DNA of 64,000 nucleotides from an uncultured Acidimicrobiia bacterium (GTDB lineage Bacteria; Actinomycetota; Acidimicrobiia; Acidimicrobiales; JACDCH01): NCBI GenBank assembly GCA_963821725.1, contig CAWGFA010000014.1, positions 48,797 to 112,796 of the forward strand, read 5' to 3'. Shown piece by piece: positions 31,260 to 39,372 of this stretch (position 1 is its first letter; each line of letters starts with the position of its first letter). The notes under the pieces were generated by a model. It saw only the letters and a program-made list of their open reading frames with translations, ran no database searches and was not told where the DNA came from. The position numbers and the translations under genes were made by a program.

Positions 31260-31406
31260 TCAGGCGTTCGCATCGCCGAACGTCGGGTGCGTCTCGTAGA
31301 CGCCACCTTCGCTGCCGGCGCTTTCCTTCAGCAGCTTCTTCTTGGTCTCGTCGTCCAGCGCGTGGAACTCCTCCTCGGAGTTGATGGTCGGTAGTTCGTC
31401 GTTCAT
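31260..31406 (-). CDS. 48-aa acidic peptide (X3), absent from the ORF track
   Basis: My translation: MNDELPTINSEEEFHALDDETKKKLLKESAGSEGGVYETHPTFGDANA*. SD GGGAG lies 6 nt before ATG 31406. Its TGA is followed 17 nt later by the X4 ATG, with a perfect AAGGAG in the spacer. Confidence 0.45.
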   Translation of the reverse strand: MNDELPTINSEEEFHALDDETKKKLLKESAGSEGGVYETHPTFGDANA

Positions 31407-31470
31407 GTGCTGCTCCCGTGTGTTTGAGCTGGGGGATACGGAGCGGAGAGACGGAGGGATTGTCCGATCG

Positions 31471-31953
31471 CTACGGCGTCGCGGCCGCCTCGACGTTCAG
31501 GTCGATCGTCGTGCCTTGCGTCACGCCGTGGCTGGTCTGTGCGTCGTAGGCGGTGCTCGCCGCGTTGAGCGTCGCAACCGCGTCGTTGAACACCCGCTGC
31601 ACGTCGTGAACCGGTTGGGCGACGAGGTACTGGTCGAGGTTTGCGAGATACGACGTCACGAGGTCGAAATGGCCTTGTTCGTGCGCATCGAGCGCGCGCC
31701 AGAAGCGGTCCCACTCTTCCCGAACGGGCGGGCTCGCATCCGAGTAGCCGTGCCATCGCGGCATCGTCTTGCGTTGTGTGACCGTCACCGTCACCGACGA
31801 GACCACGCCGTTGGAGCTCTCGTACGAGAACTGGGGCCACCACTCGGCCTTGCCGGCCTCGGCCATGGACGAGATCACCGTTGCCGCCTCCGTCAAGGTG
31901 TGCCCTGGTACGTCGTACAGGTGCACGTCCGGAGTGTGGATCTGGACCGTCAC
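31471..31953 (-). CDS. DUF922-type predicted Zn-dependent protease
   Basis: GTG 31953 overlaps the upstream stop (GTGA). ...YDVPGHTLTEAATVI...TVTVTQRKTMPRWHG...EEWDRFWRALDAHEQGHFDLV...AYDAQTSHGVTQGTTI. HEQGH lies at 31669-31683. C-terminal part of track ORF 31471..32412. Confidence 0.7.
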   Translation of the reverse strand: MTVQIHTPDVHLYDVPGHTLTEAATVISSMAEAGKAEWWPQFSYESSNGVVSSVTVTVTQRKTMPRWHGYSDASPPVREEWDRFWRALDAHEQGHFDLVTSYLANLDQYLVAQPVHDVQRVFNDAVATLNAASTAYDAQTSHGVTQGTTIDLNVEAAATP

Positions 31954-32639
31954 TGGCAGACCCCGTGGTTGCGGTTCATCTCTTCGAGAATCTTGTCGAG
32001 ACCGTCGACCTTTCCTTCGAGCTCGGACGCCGACGCGTGGCCGAGGGCGCTGACCGCCTGCGAGAACGAGTAGACGAGCTCCGCCATCTGACAGCGCTCC
32101 TGCGCCGCACGCTTCGTGAGGGCGAGGATGAAGTTGTCGATCCACACGAGATTCGGCGTGTTCAGCTGGTTGAGCATGTAGCTGCCCGCGGCGTCCGCCG
32201 GGAGGATGATGCCGTTGTACTTGCGGTACTGGACGGCCGCATTCAAGTCGCCCGTCACCCAATCTCGGCGGAAGGTGAAGTTCGCGCCGCTCGCGATGCG
32301 GACGGTGACCGGATCGCTCATGATCCCGTTGAAGCCCCAGGGATCCGAAGGCTTGAACTCGACGATGTAGTCGACGTTGTCGACGTAGTCCGCCCGGTAG
32401 GGCTGGCCCCACCAGTGGGCGAGACCGTACGGCGAGATCGTCGTGCAGACGTTCGCGTCGTCGTCGAGTAGGGGAACGGTGTGCTCTTCCGTCTTCGTCT
32501 GCTGCTGCTGTTGGTGCTGGGGTTCGGGCTGCGGAGGGATCATGCTCGGATCGATCCGCCCGGCCCTCACGTGAAATTCGCCACGGTTCGGGTCGTCATG
32601 GCCTTGGCGTTCGGATAGGGGCCTTGGTCCGGGGGGCAT
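31950..32639 (-). CDS. hypothetical protein with Q/P-rich disordered N-terminus (X1)
   Basis: SD AGGAGA lies 7 nt before ATG 32639. MPPGPRPLSERQGHDDPNRGEF...PPQPEPQHQQQQQTKTEEH..., then a globular part (YGLAHWWGQPYRADYVDNVDYIVEFKPSDPWGFNG...). The upstream 260 codons of track ORF 31950..33422 are antisense to the STAND gene. Confidence 0.5.
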   Translation of the reverse strand: MPPGPRPLSERQGHDDPNRGEFHVRAGRIDPSMIPPQPEPQHQQQQQTKTEEHTVPLLDDDANVCTTISPYGLAHWWGQPYRADYVDNVDYIVEFKPSDPWGFNGIMSDPVTVRIASGANFTFRRDWVTGDLNAAVQYRKYNGIILPADAAGSYMLNQLNTPNLVWIDNFILALTKRAAQERCQMAELVYSFSQAVSALGHASASELEGKVDGLDKILEEMNRNHGVCQ

Positions 32640-32736
32640 CTGGTGTCTCCTGTGGGTTGGTTGATCGCGGGTCCGTGACACACTTGGGCCGCCAGAACCG
32701 CTCACTTGGTACGGCGTGACATCGCTGTGACGTCCC

Positions 32737-35700
32737 ATGGCACGCACCCCCACTCCCCTCGCCGGTCCGGTTCCGCTCCTCGGGCGGCTGCAGGAGCTGC
32801 GCGCCATCGAGGGAACGATGAACGCGGTCGAGGCTGGTCTCGGCGGATTGGTGGCGTTCCGGGGCGAGGGCGGGATCGGCAAGACCCGCCTCGCCGAAGA
32901 GGTGACGACCCACGCCGTGGCCCGCGGGCTGGTCGACGGCGTGGGGATCGGGCTGGCCGGACGGCGGCGCACCGCCGATGTGGCCCTGGCAGGAGATGCT
33001 CGGCCAGCTCGCGACGTTGACGCCGCGCAACTGCTCGACGACCACGGCGCCGCCGGCGAGCTCGAACCCGAACGGTTCACGCGGTTCCGCGCTGTCACCG
33101 CCGCACTTGCCGAAGCGGCCAACGAGCGGCCCGTGCTCGCTGGTGCTCGACGACGTCCACGCGACCGATCCGGGCGCACTGCTGTTCGCGCGGTTCGCGA
33201 TTCGCTCCCTGCGAGCGGTGCCGACGCACTCGTCGTGACGTGCCGTCCGATGGTCGACGTTCCGGAGGACGTGCGGAAGGGCTCGTCAACCTCCTCGATG
33301 AAGGCACGACCGTCGAACTCGCTGCGCTCGACGTCGACGCGCTCGTCTCGCTGCTCGACTGGGCCGGCGAAGCGCCGAACGGTCTCGCGGACCGACGAGC
33401 TGCTCGAGCTCAGCGGCGGCAATCCTCTGCTCGCGCTCGAACTGGTCGCATCCAGGACCGACGGCTCGATCGCGTCGACGCGGCGGCCGGTCGCCGCCGG
33501 TCAGTCGCTTCCTGTCGTCGCGACTCGATGACGTTCACTACGGAGGAGCGACACGGTGCTCGCCGCGGGCGCCTGCTCGGTCCCGACGTCGATCGACGAC
33601 CTGGTGGCTTCAGTTGCGGCGTGACGGCGGACCGATGCGCGGGCGGTCCGAACTGGCGCGGGATCGACGTGGGCGTGCTGCGTCGCACAGACGACGGCTT
33701 CGTCTTTTCGCACGGGCTGTCTTCGCGACACGCTGCTCGATTCGATCGCCGCGAGCGATTGCGGCGCTGCATCGCCGCGCGGCCGACGCGTTGGAGGCGC
33801 TGCCACCACCGCTCACGATCGATCGTCTCACGCGTGTCGCGCACCATCGTCTGTCCGCTGCGAACCCGATGGCCGCGCCGGAGGACGACAGCGGTTGCGG
33901 CCGCGGTCGACGCCACTCGCGCCGCCGCCAAGGCGGTCTCACACCGGTTCGCCTACGAGCCGCCGCCGAGCTGCTCGCGTCTGCGCAGACGGTCTGCACG
34001 CACGCACCGACCGGCCGGCGCCTCCACGACTGCTGCTCGAGCTGGCGCAGATGCGAGCTGGCCAGTGGTCGCTTGACGCACGCGCGCGAGACGTTCGCTC
34101 AGGCACTCCACACGTCGGACGCCGAAGCCGATCCCGAGGTCTACGCCGAGGCCGCCATCGGCCTGGGCGGCATCTGGGTGTTCGAGCACCGCGAGCCGGA
34201 CAGCGGTTGCCGCGTTCCACGGCGCATTGCGGAGCGCTCTCACACACGTCTCGGATGGGCGACCCGATCTCGCCATTCGCATACGAGCTCGTCTGGGAGC
34301 GGAGGAGCTGTACATGGGGACGCTCCGGTCTCGACCGCGTGCTCGAGGCGGTCGACGACGCGCGATCACTCGGCGAACCGACCGCGCTGGCCGAGGTGTT
34401 GTCGCTGCTGCATCACACGATCCTCGGACCGGACTTCGTCGACGAACGCACACCCATCGCGAACGAGCTCATCGCCACGTCGTCCGCGAACGGCGACGCG
34501 GTCCTCACGTTGATGGGTGTGTTGTGGCGGACCGTCGACGAGTTCCTCATGGGCGCACCGACGGCAGAACGTGCACTCACCGAGTTGCGCCAACGGGCCG
34601 ACGGCCTCGGTGTCCGCGCCGTGCTCTACGTCGTCGCGCTGATCGACGTGATGCTGCTCATGCGCGCGGGACGGCTGGACGATGCCGAAGCGGCGGCGAT
34701 GCGGTGTGTCAACCTCGGCATGGACGTCGGCGATGCCGATGCGCCCGGGTACTTCGGCGCGCAGCTGCTCGCGATGCGCTGGCTCCAAGGGCGCACCGAC
34801 GAGATCCTGCCCATGGCGCGCGAAGTGGCCGCCTCGCCGACGATCATCTCGATCGACCGTGCCTACCCGGCCTCTGTCGCCGCTCTCGCAGCGAATGCGG
34901 GCCCGGCGCACTACGAGGAGGCGAGGCGAGAGCTCGACAAGCTGCTCAACGAAGGACTGGACACGGTCGCACCATCGAGCACGTGGCTGCTGACGATGTT
35001 CGCGGTCGTCGAGGCAGCGGCGCGGCTCGAAGAACCCGAGTCCGCCGCTGTCGTCTACGACCTGGTGCTGCCGTTCGCGGGGCTGCCGACCATGGCGTCA
35101 CTGGCGGTCGTGTGTTTCGGATCCACCGAACGCACGCTCGGGCTCGCGGCGCGAACCGCAGGCCGGCTCGACGACGCCGTCGGCCATCTCGAGCGCGCAG
35201 TCGAGGCCGATCGACGACTCGGCAACCGTCCCGTACTCGCGATCACGCGGGCCGATCTCGGGCTGACGTTGCTCCGTCGGGGCGCACGTGGCGACCGAAC
35301 GCGCGCACAAGAGTTGTTGACGTCGGCGATCGAGGCCCTCAACACCATGGGACTGTCGCGCCGGGCCGCGATGGTCGAAGCCGACGTCGCGGCGTTCGGC
35401 GAACCGACTTCAACGTCAATTCGTTCCATCCGCTATCTCGACGGCTCGTGGGAGATGCAAGCGGACGCTGAGCGAGTGGTCGTTTCCGACTCGGCCGGCA
35501 TGCGCCATCTCGCGCGCCTGCTCTCGTCGCCGAACCGCGACATCCCAGCGACCGAGCTCGCCGGCACCGGCATCGAATCCTCGCGTCAGGAGGTCGTGGA
35601 CAGAGAGGCACTCGTCCGCTACGGCCGCCGTATCGAATCGTTGCGGCGCGAGCTCGAGGACGCCGAAGCCGACGCCGACATCGAGCGCTCCGCTCGTCTG

Positions 35701-35955
35701 CGTGTGGAGCTCGACCAGCTCGTCGAACACGTCGAGGCATCGATGGGCCTTGCGGGCCGGTCCCGCTCGTTCATCGACACCAGCGAACGGGCGCGCACAG
35801 CCGTGCAGAAGGCGATCCGGCGTGCCGTCGACCGCATCAAGCTGTCCGCGCCGCGGCTCGGCGACATGCTGTCCCGCTGCATCCGGACCGGGACGTCGTG
35901 TCGCTACGAACCGGACGACGATCGCGGCGACTGGTTGGTGGTCGGCCCGAGCTGA
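32737..35955 (+). pseudogene. STAND-type NTPase (AAA_16 P-loop) with TPR-like C-terminal region, regulator-like
   Basis: Walker A FRGEGGIGKTRL (32737..33531). LVLDDVHATDPGALLF Walker-B-like (32978 frame). Further pieces in the 33240, 33614 and 34227 frames, then an uninterrupted stretch ~34330-35955 within track ORF 33895..35955, ending ...SERARTAVQKAIRRAVDRIKLSAPRLGDMLSRCIRTGTSCRYEP. Confidence 0.6.
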
Positions 35956-35964
35956 GCCGTCCGG

Positions 35965-36049
35965 CAACGCCCGGGCGTTTCACCACCGTCACGTGTGGTC
36001 AGACGCCCGGGCGTTTCACCACCTCACGTGTGGTCAGACGCCCGGGCGT
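35965..36049. repeat. 35-bp tandem repeat (~2.5 copies), family A, palindromic core
   Basis: Unit TCACGTGTGGTCAGACGCCCGGGCGTTTCACCACC at 35989-36023, repeated at 36024-36049 (truncated) and preceded by partial CAACGCCCGGGCGTTTCACCACC (35965-35987). Intergenic, between convergent gene ends. Confidence 0.8.
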
Positions 36050-36051
36050 CG

Positions 36052-36836
36052 TCAAGCGGAGCCTCGCTGCATGGTTGCGACCACGTAGTCACTCGTCACG
36101 CGGAAGGCGCCCTCGGTCTTCGTTGGCGTCGGCGAACACGCGCACGACCTCGGCGTGCAGCGCCTCGAAGGTGGCGGTGTCGAGCACTCCCGCAGCGTCG
36201 ACCCACGCCGGATGATCGCGGAGCTCGGACGCGGCGAACGCGGCGGGCGACGAGGCGACGAAGGGCAACGCGGCATCCGCGACGGACACCGTGAAGCCGT
36301 GGGGCTCGAACAGCTCCCGTAGCGCGGACGCGTCGTGCCAGGCGAACGGCGCTTGCCTCGGCGCAGGACGCGCCTCGCACCCGGCCGACTGCTTCCGCAC
36401 GCAGGCGCGCGGCATCGGCGAGTGCGCCCCTCGGTCGCCAGGCAGACAGCACCACTCGGCTCCTCGGTGCGGCCACTCGCGCAATCTCTTCGGCCGAGGC
36501 GTGGGCGTCGGGAGCAAAGATCACGCCGAAGACCGAGACGATCACATCGGCCGTTGCGTCGTCGAGAGGCATCGCGCTGGCGACACCTTCGAGAAAGGTT
36601 GCATCGAGCGAGCGTTCAGCCGCTCGCTGCGCCGCCACCTCGAGAAGTCGTGTCGCCGGATCGACTCCTGTGACACGCGCTCCTCGCGACGCCGCGAGCA
36701 ACGCGGCGTTGCCGTCGCCACACCCGAGATCGACGACCCTTTCACCTGGCATGGGCGATGCCGCGTCCACGACGACTTCGGCGGCCGCCGACAACGGAGC
36801 GCTTATCCGTTCGTACTGCCCGTCGCTCCAGTCCAT
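36052..36836 (-). pseudogene. class I SAM-dependent methyltransferase
   Basis: VVDLGCGDGNAALLAASRGARVTGVDPATRLLEVA...VIVSVFGVIF (36096..36836), then APFAWHDASALRELFEPHGFTVSV (36089..36517) and C-terminus EGAFRVTSDYVVATMQRGSA* (36052..36276). Two frame changes. Confidence 0.65.
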
Positions 36837-36925
36837 GGTGGACCGAGACTACGAGGAGTCTGTCGAGCGGTCGGCCGCCGACTATGAATAGCAGCCCACG
36901 ACGCACGACCAGGGTGGAGAGCGCA

Positions 36926-37795
36926 ATGGCCAAGAAGGAAGCGACCGTCGACGAACGAACCGTGACGAAGGACGAGTTGAAGCAGGTCGACCGCGCGAAC
37001 ACGTCCGGCAGGCAGCCGGTGGTGTTCGTACACGGGCTGTGGTTGCTTCCGAGTAGCTGGGACCGGTGGGCACGCTTGGTCGAGGGTGCCGGCTACAACG
37101 CGGTCCGGCCCGGCTGGCCGGACGACCCGGACACGGTCGAGGAGGCGAAGGCCCATCCGGAGGTCTTCGCCCGCAAGTCCGTCGGCCAGATCGCGGACCA
37201 CTTCGAGGCGGTGATTCGCAAGCTCGAACGCAGGCCTGCGGTGATCGGCCACAGCTTCGGCGGGCTGCTGACCGAGATCTTGGCCGGCCGTGGGCTCGCG
37301 GCTGTTTCCGTGGCCATCTCGCCGGCACCGTTCCGGGGCGTGTTGCCGCTCCCGATCTCCGCGCTGCGATCGGCGTCGCCCGTGCTGAAGAACCCTGCGA
37401 ACCGCCATCGAGCCGTGCCGCTCACGTACGAGCAGTTTCACTACGGGTTCGCCAACGCCCTCGACGAAACCGAGGCGCAGTCGCTGTACGACAAGTTCGC
37501 GGTCCCAGGCTCGGGCGAGCCGATCTTCCAGGCCGCGGCAGCGAACCTCAATCCCTGGACACAAGCGAAGGTGGACAGCAAGAACCCCGACCGTGGTCCG
37601 CTGTTGATCATCTCCGGCGACCTCGACCACACCGTGCCGCCCGCGATCGCCCAGGCGTCGTACAAGAAGGAGCAGCGCAACCCGGGAGAGACGGAGCTCG
37701 CGGAGATCCCCGGTCGCGGGCACTCGCTCACGATCGACCGCGGCTGGCGCGAGGTCGCCGACACCGCGCTCACGTTCATCAAGCGCTACGTCTGA
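36926..37795 (+). CDS. alpha/beta hydrolase
   Basis: ATG 36926 is preceded by GGTGGAGA. PVVFVHGLWLL and nucleophile elbow GHSFGG. Within track ORF 36758..37795. Confidence 0.8.
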   Translation: MAKKEATVDERTVTKDELKQVDRANTSGRQPVVFVHGLWLLPSSWDRWARLVEGAGYNAVRPGWPDDPDTVEEAKAHPEVFARKSVGQIADHFEAVIRKLERRPAVIGHSFGGLLTEILAGRGLAAVSVAISPAPFRGVLPLPISALRSASPVLKNPANRHRAVPLTYEQFHYGFANALDETEAQSLYDKFAVPGSGEPIFQAAAANLNPWTQAKVDSKNPDRGPLLIISGDLDHTVPPAIAQASYKKEQRNPGETELAEIPGRGHSLTIDRGWREVADTALTFIKRYV

Positions 37796-37819
37796 GGACG
37801 CCGGGGTCGCGGACCGTCC

Positions 37820-38134
37820 TCAGTCGGATGCGGGCAACGGCTTTGCCCCCTTGACCGCGAGAGCAGCATCACCGATGGAGAGCGACCCGGCGCCCGCCTT
37901 CGTGCAGAGCACCTCGATCGACTCGTCGGGGTCGACATAGCGCTTGCCCACCAGCGATCCGCCGTCGAACGGTGCCGCGACGTCGGAGCGCTCCACGTTC
38001 TCGGCAGCCACGTCGACCATCGGCTGGCCGCCGCAACGTAGATCGGTCGGCTCCGACGGCCCGCGCACGATCACGACCTCCGTCGTACAGGTCACCGACC
38101 GCAACCGCGTGCCGGGCTTGGTCACCACTGCCAT
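37820..38134 (-). CDS. hypothetical protein
   Basis: 104-aa ORF with coding-like composition. No family recognised. Confidence 0.45.
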   Translation of the reverse strand: MAVVTKPGTRLRSVTCTTEVVIVRGPSEPTDLRCGGQPMVDVAAENVERSDVAAPFDGGSLVGKRYVDPDESIEVLCTKAGAGSLSIGDAALAVKGAKPLPASD

Positions 38135-38326
38135 ACGTCACACCTCCACGACGTCGTTCGGCGGCCATTCTGGCAAGCGCAGACAGCCCGACCGTGCCGC
38201 CGCCTTCGAACTCCGGGTCGCCGTGGTCGCCAGAGCGACCACGGCGCACCAACATTCCACCGCCTACGATTCGGTCCCACCAGTGACCCGCGGGCGTGAT
38301 GCTCCCCAACCAACGCGAGGTGTGGC

Positions 38327-38824
38327 ATGCGGGATCGAGTTGTTGCTGCGATTGCGGTCATCGTTCTGGCGGTGTGGCTCCAGACATCAGTGGCAGCCGC
38401 GGCGTCGACCATCACGGTGTCGCCGTCGTCGGCGAACAACGGCAGCACCGTGACCATCTCCGGCACTGTGCCCGTGAGTGGGACGGCGTCGTGCGACCCG
38501 ACGGACCCGGTGCAGCTCACGTCGACCAGCGACCTGTTCCCACCCGACGGCTTCGGTCCGCAAGCGACGCGCGACGCGAGCGGGAACTTCCAAACGCAGT
38601 ACGTCATTCCCGCGACGACGCCCGCCGGTACGTACAGCATCGGCATGCGTTGCGGCGGCGGCAACGTCGGCGTCACGGCCACACTGCGGGTCGCGGGAAC
38701 GGGCGCGGCACTCCCCGCGACGGGAGCGGGCATGCTCGCCCCGTTGACGGTCCTGGGCGCTGCACTGGTGATCTTCGGTGTGCTGCTCACCAGGCGGCGG
38801 GCAGCGTCAGGCGAGACCACCTGA
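38327..38824 (+). CDS. LPXTG-anchored surface protein
   Basis: Signal peptide (AAIAVIVLAVWLQTSVAAAA), then C-terminal LPATG + hydrophobic stretch + RRR sorting signal. Confidence 0.7.
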   Translation: MRDRVVAAIAVIVLAVWLQTSVAAAASTITVSPSSANNGSTVTISGTVPVSGTASCDPTDPVQLTSTSDLFPPDGFGPQATRDASGNFQTQYVIPATTPAGTYSIGMRCGGGNVGVTATLRVAGTGAALPATGAGMLAPLTVLGAALVIFGVLLTRRRAASGETT

Positions 38825-39352
38825 GGATTCCTGCTCGATGCGTCGCGCAAGAGCCGGAACCCAGTGTCCTCGGTAGCGGCGTCGAAGCTCCGGAATCGTC
38901 CAGTCATCACTCGACACTCGGCCTCGGCAGCGACGGGCGCCGCAAGCGCACGCCATCTCGAAGCCCGGGGCACCGGAGTTGGTCCCGTAGTCGATGGTGA
39001 GCTCCTCACCGGCCGCGATGTCGCGGCGGGTCAGCACGTCGTAGGCGCCGTCGTGCCAAACGCTCGGATCGCAACTGTGGTTGGCGAAGTGGGCGAGCGT
39101 GCCGTTCGGCATCACCAAGTGCACGTCCTCGGACACCGTGATGGAGTCGACGTACGGACGGTCGGCGGACTGGTCGGCTTCGGCGATCAGGGCGTCGAGC
39201 TCGGCCGTCGACACCAGCCGGCCGCCGAGCCGGAGGACGAGTTCGCCCTCTGGCAGGTCGGTGGTCGCGAACAGCCCGTCGCCGGCGATGCGTGAGGGTC
39301 GGACGACGAGCGCAGGGTGCGCCCACACGTCGACGGGAGGGCTGGGGTCCAT
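38807..39352 (-). CDS. SET domain protein (putative lysine methyltransferase)
   Basis: IAGDGLFATTDLPEGELV...AHFANHSCDPS...DIAAGEELTIDYG plus a Cys-rich post-SET-like CACGARRCRG. Confidence 0.75.
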   Translation of the reverse strand: MDPSPPVDVWAHPALVVRPSRIAGDGLFATTDLPEGELVLRLGGRLVSTAELDALIAEADQSADRPYVDSITVSEDVHLVMPNGTLAHFANHSCDPSVWHDGAYDVLTRRDIAAGEELTIDYGTNSGAPGFEMACACGARRCRGRVSSDDWTIPELRRRYRGHWVPALARRIEQESSGGLA

Positions 39353-39372
39353 ATGCGTCGTAAGTTCATCGC

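Noticed and set aside
31950-33422. Full 490-aa track ORF as the X1 gene.
   Set aside because: Its first ~260 codons are Ser/Arg/Pro-rich and antisense to the STAND gene. A good SD (AGGAGA) precedes the internal ATG at 32639, which I use instead.
35965-36049. Possible CRISPR array.
   Set aside because: The repeats are directly tandem with no spacers, there are only ~2.5 copies, and no cas genes are present.
35898-36294. Track ORFs 35898..36215 and 35995..36294, which translate repeated VTCGQTPGRFTT peptides.
   Set aside because: The peptide repetition only mirrors the 35-bp DNA tandem repeat in an intergenic gap. There is no RBS and no coding-like context.
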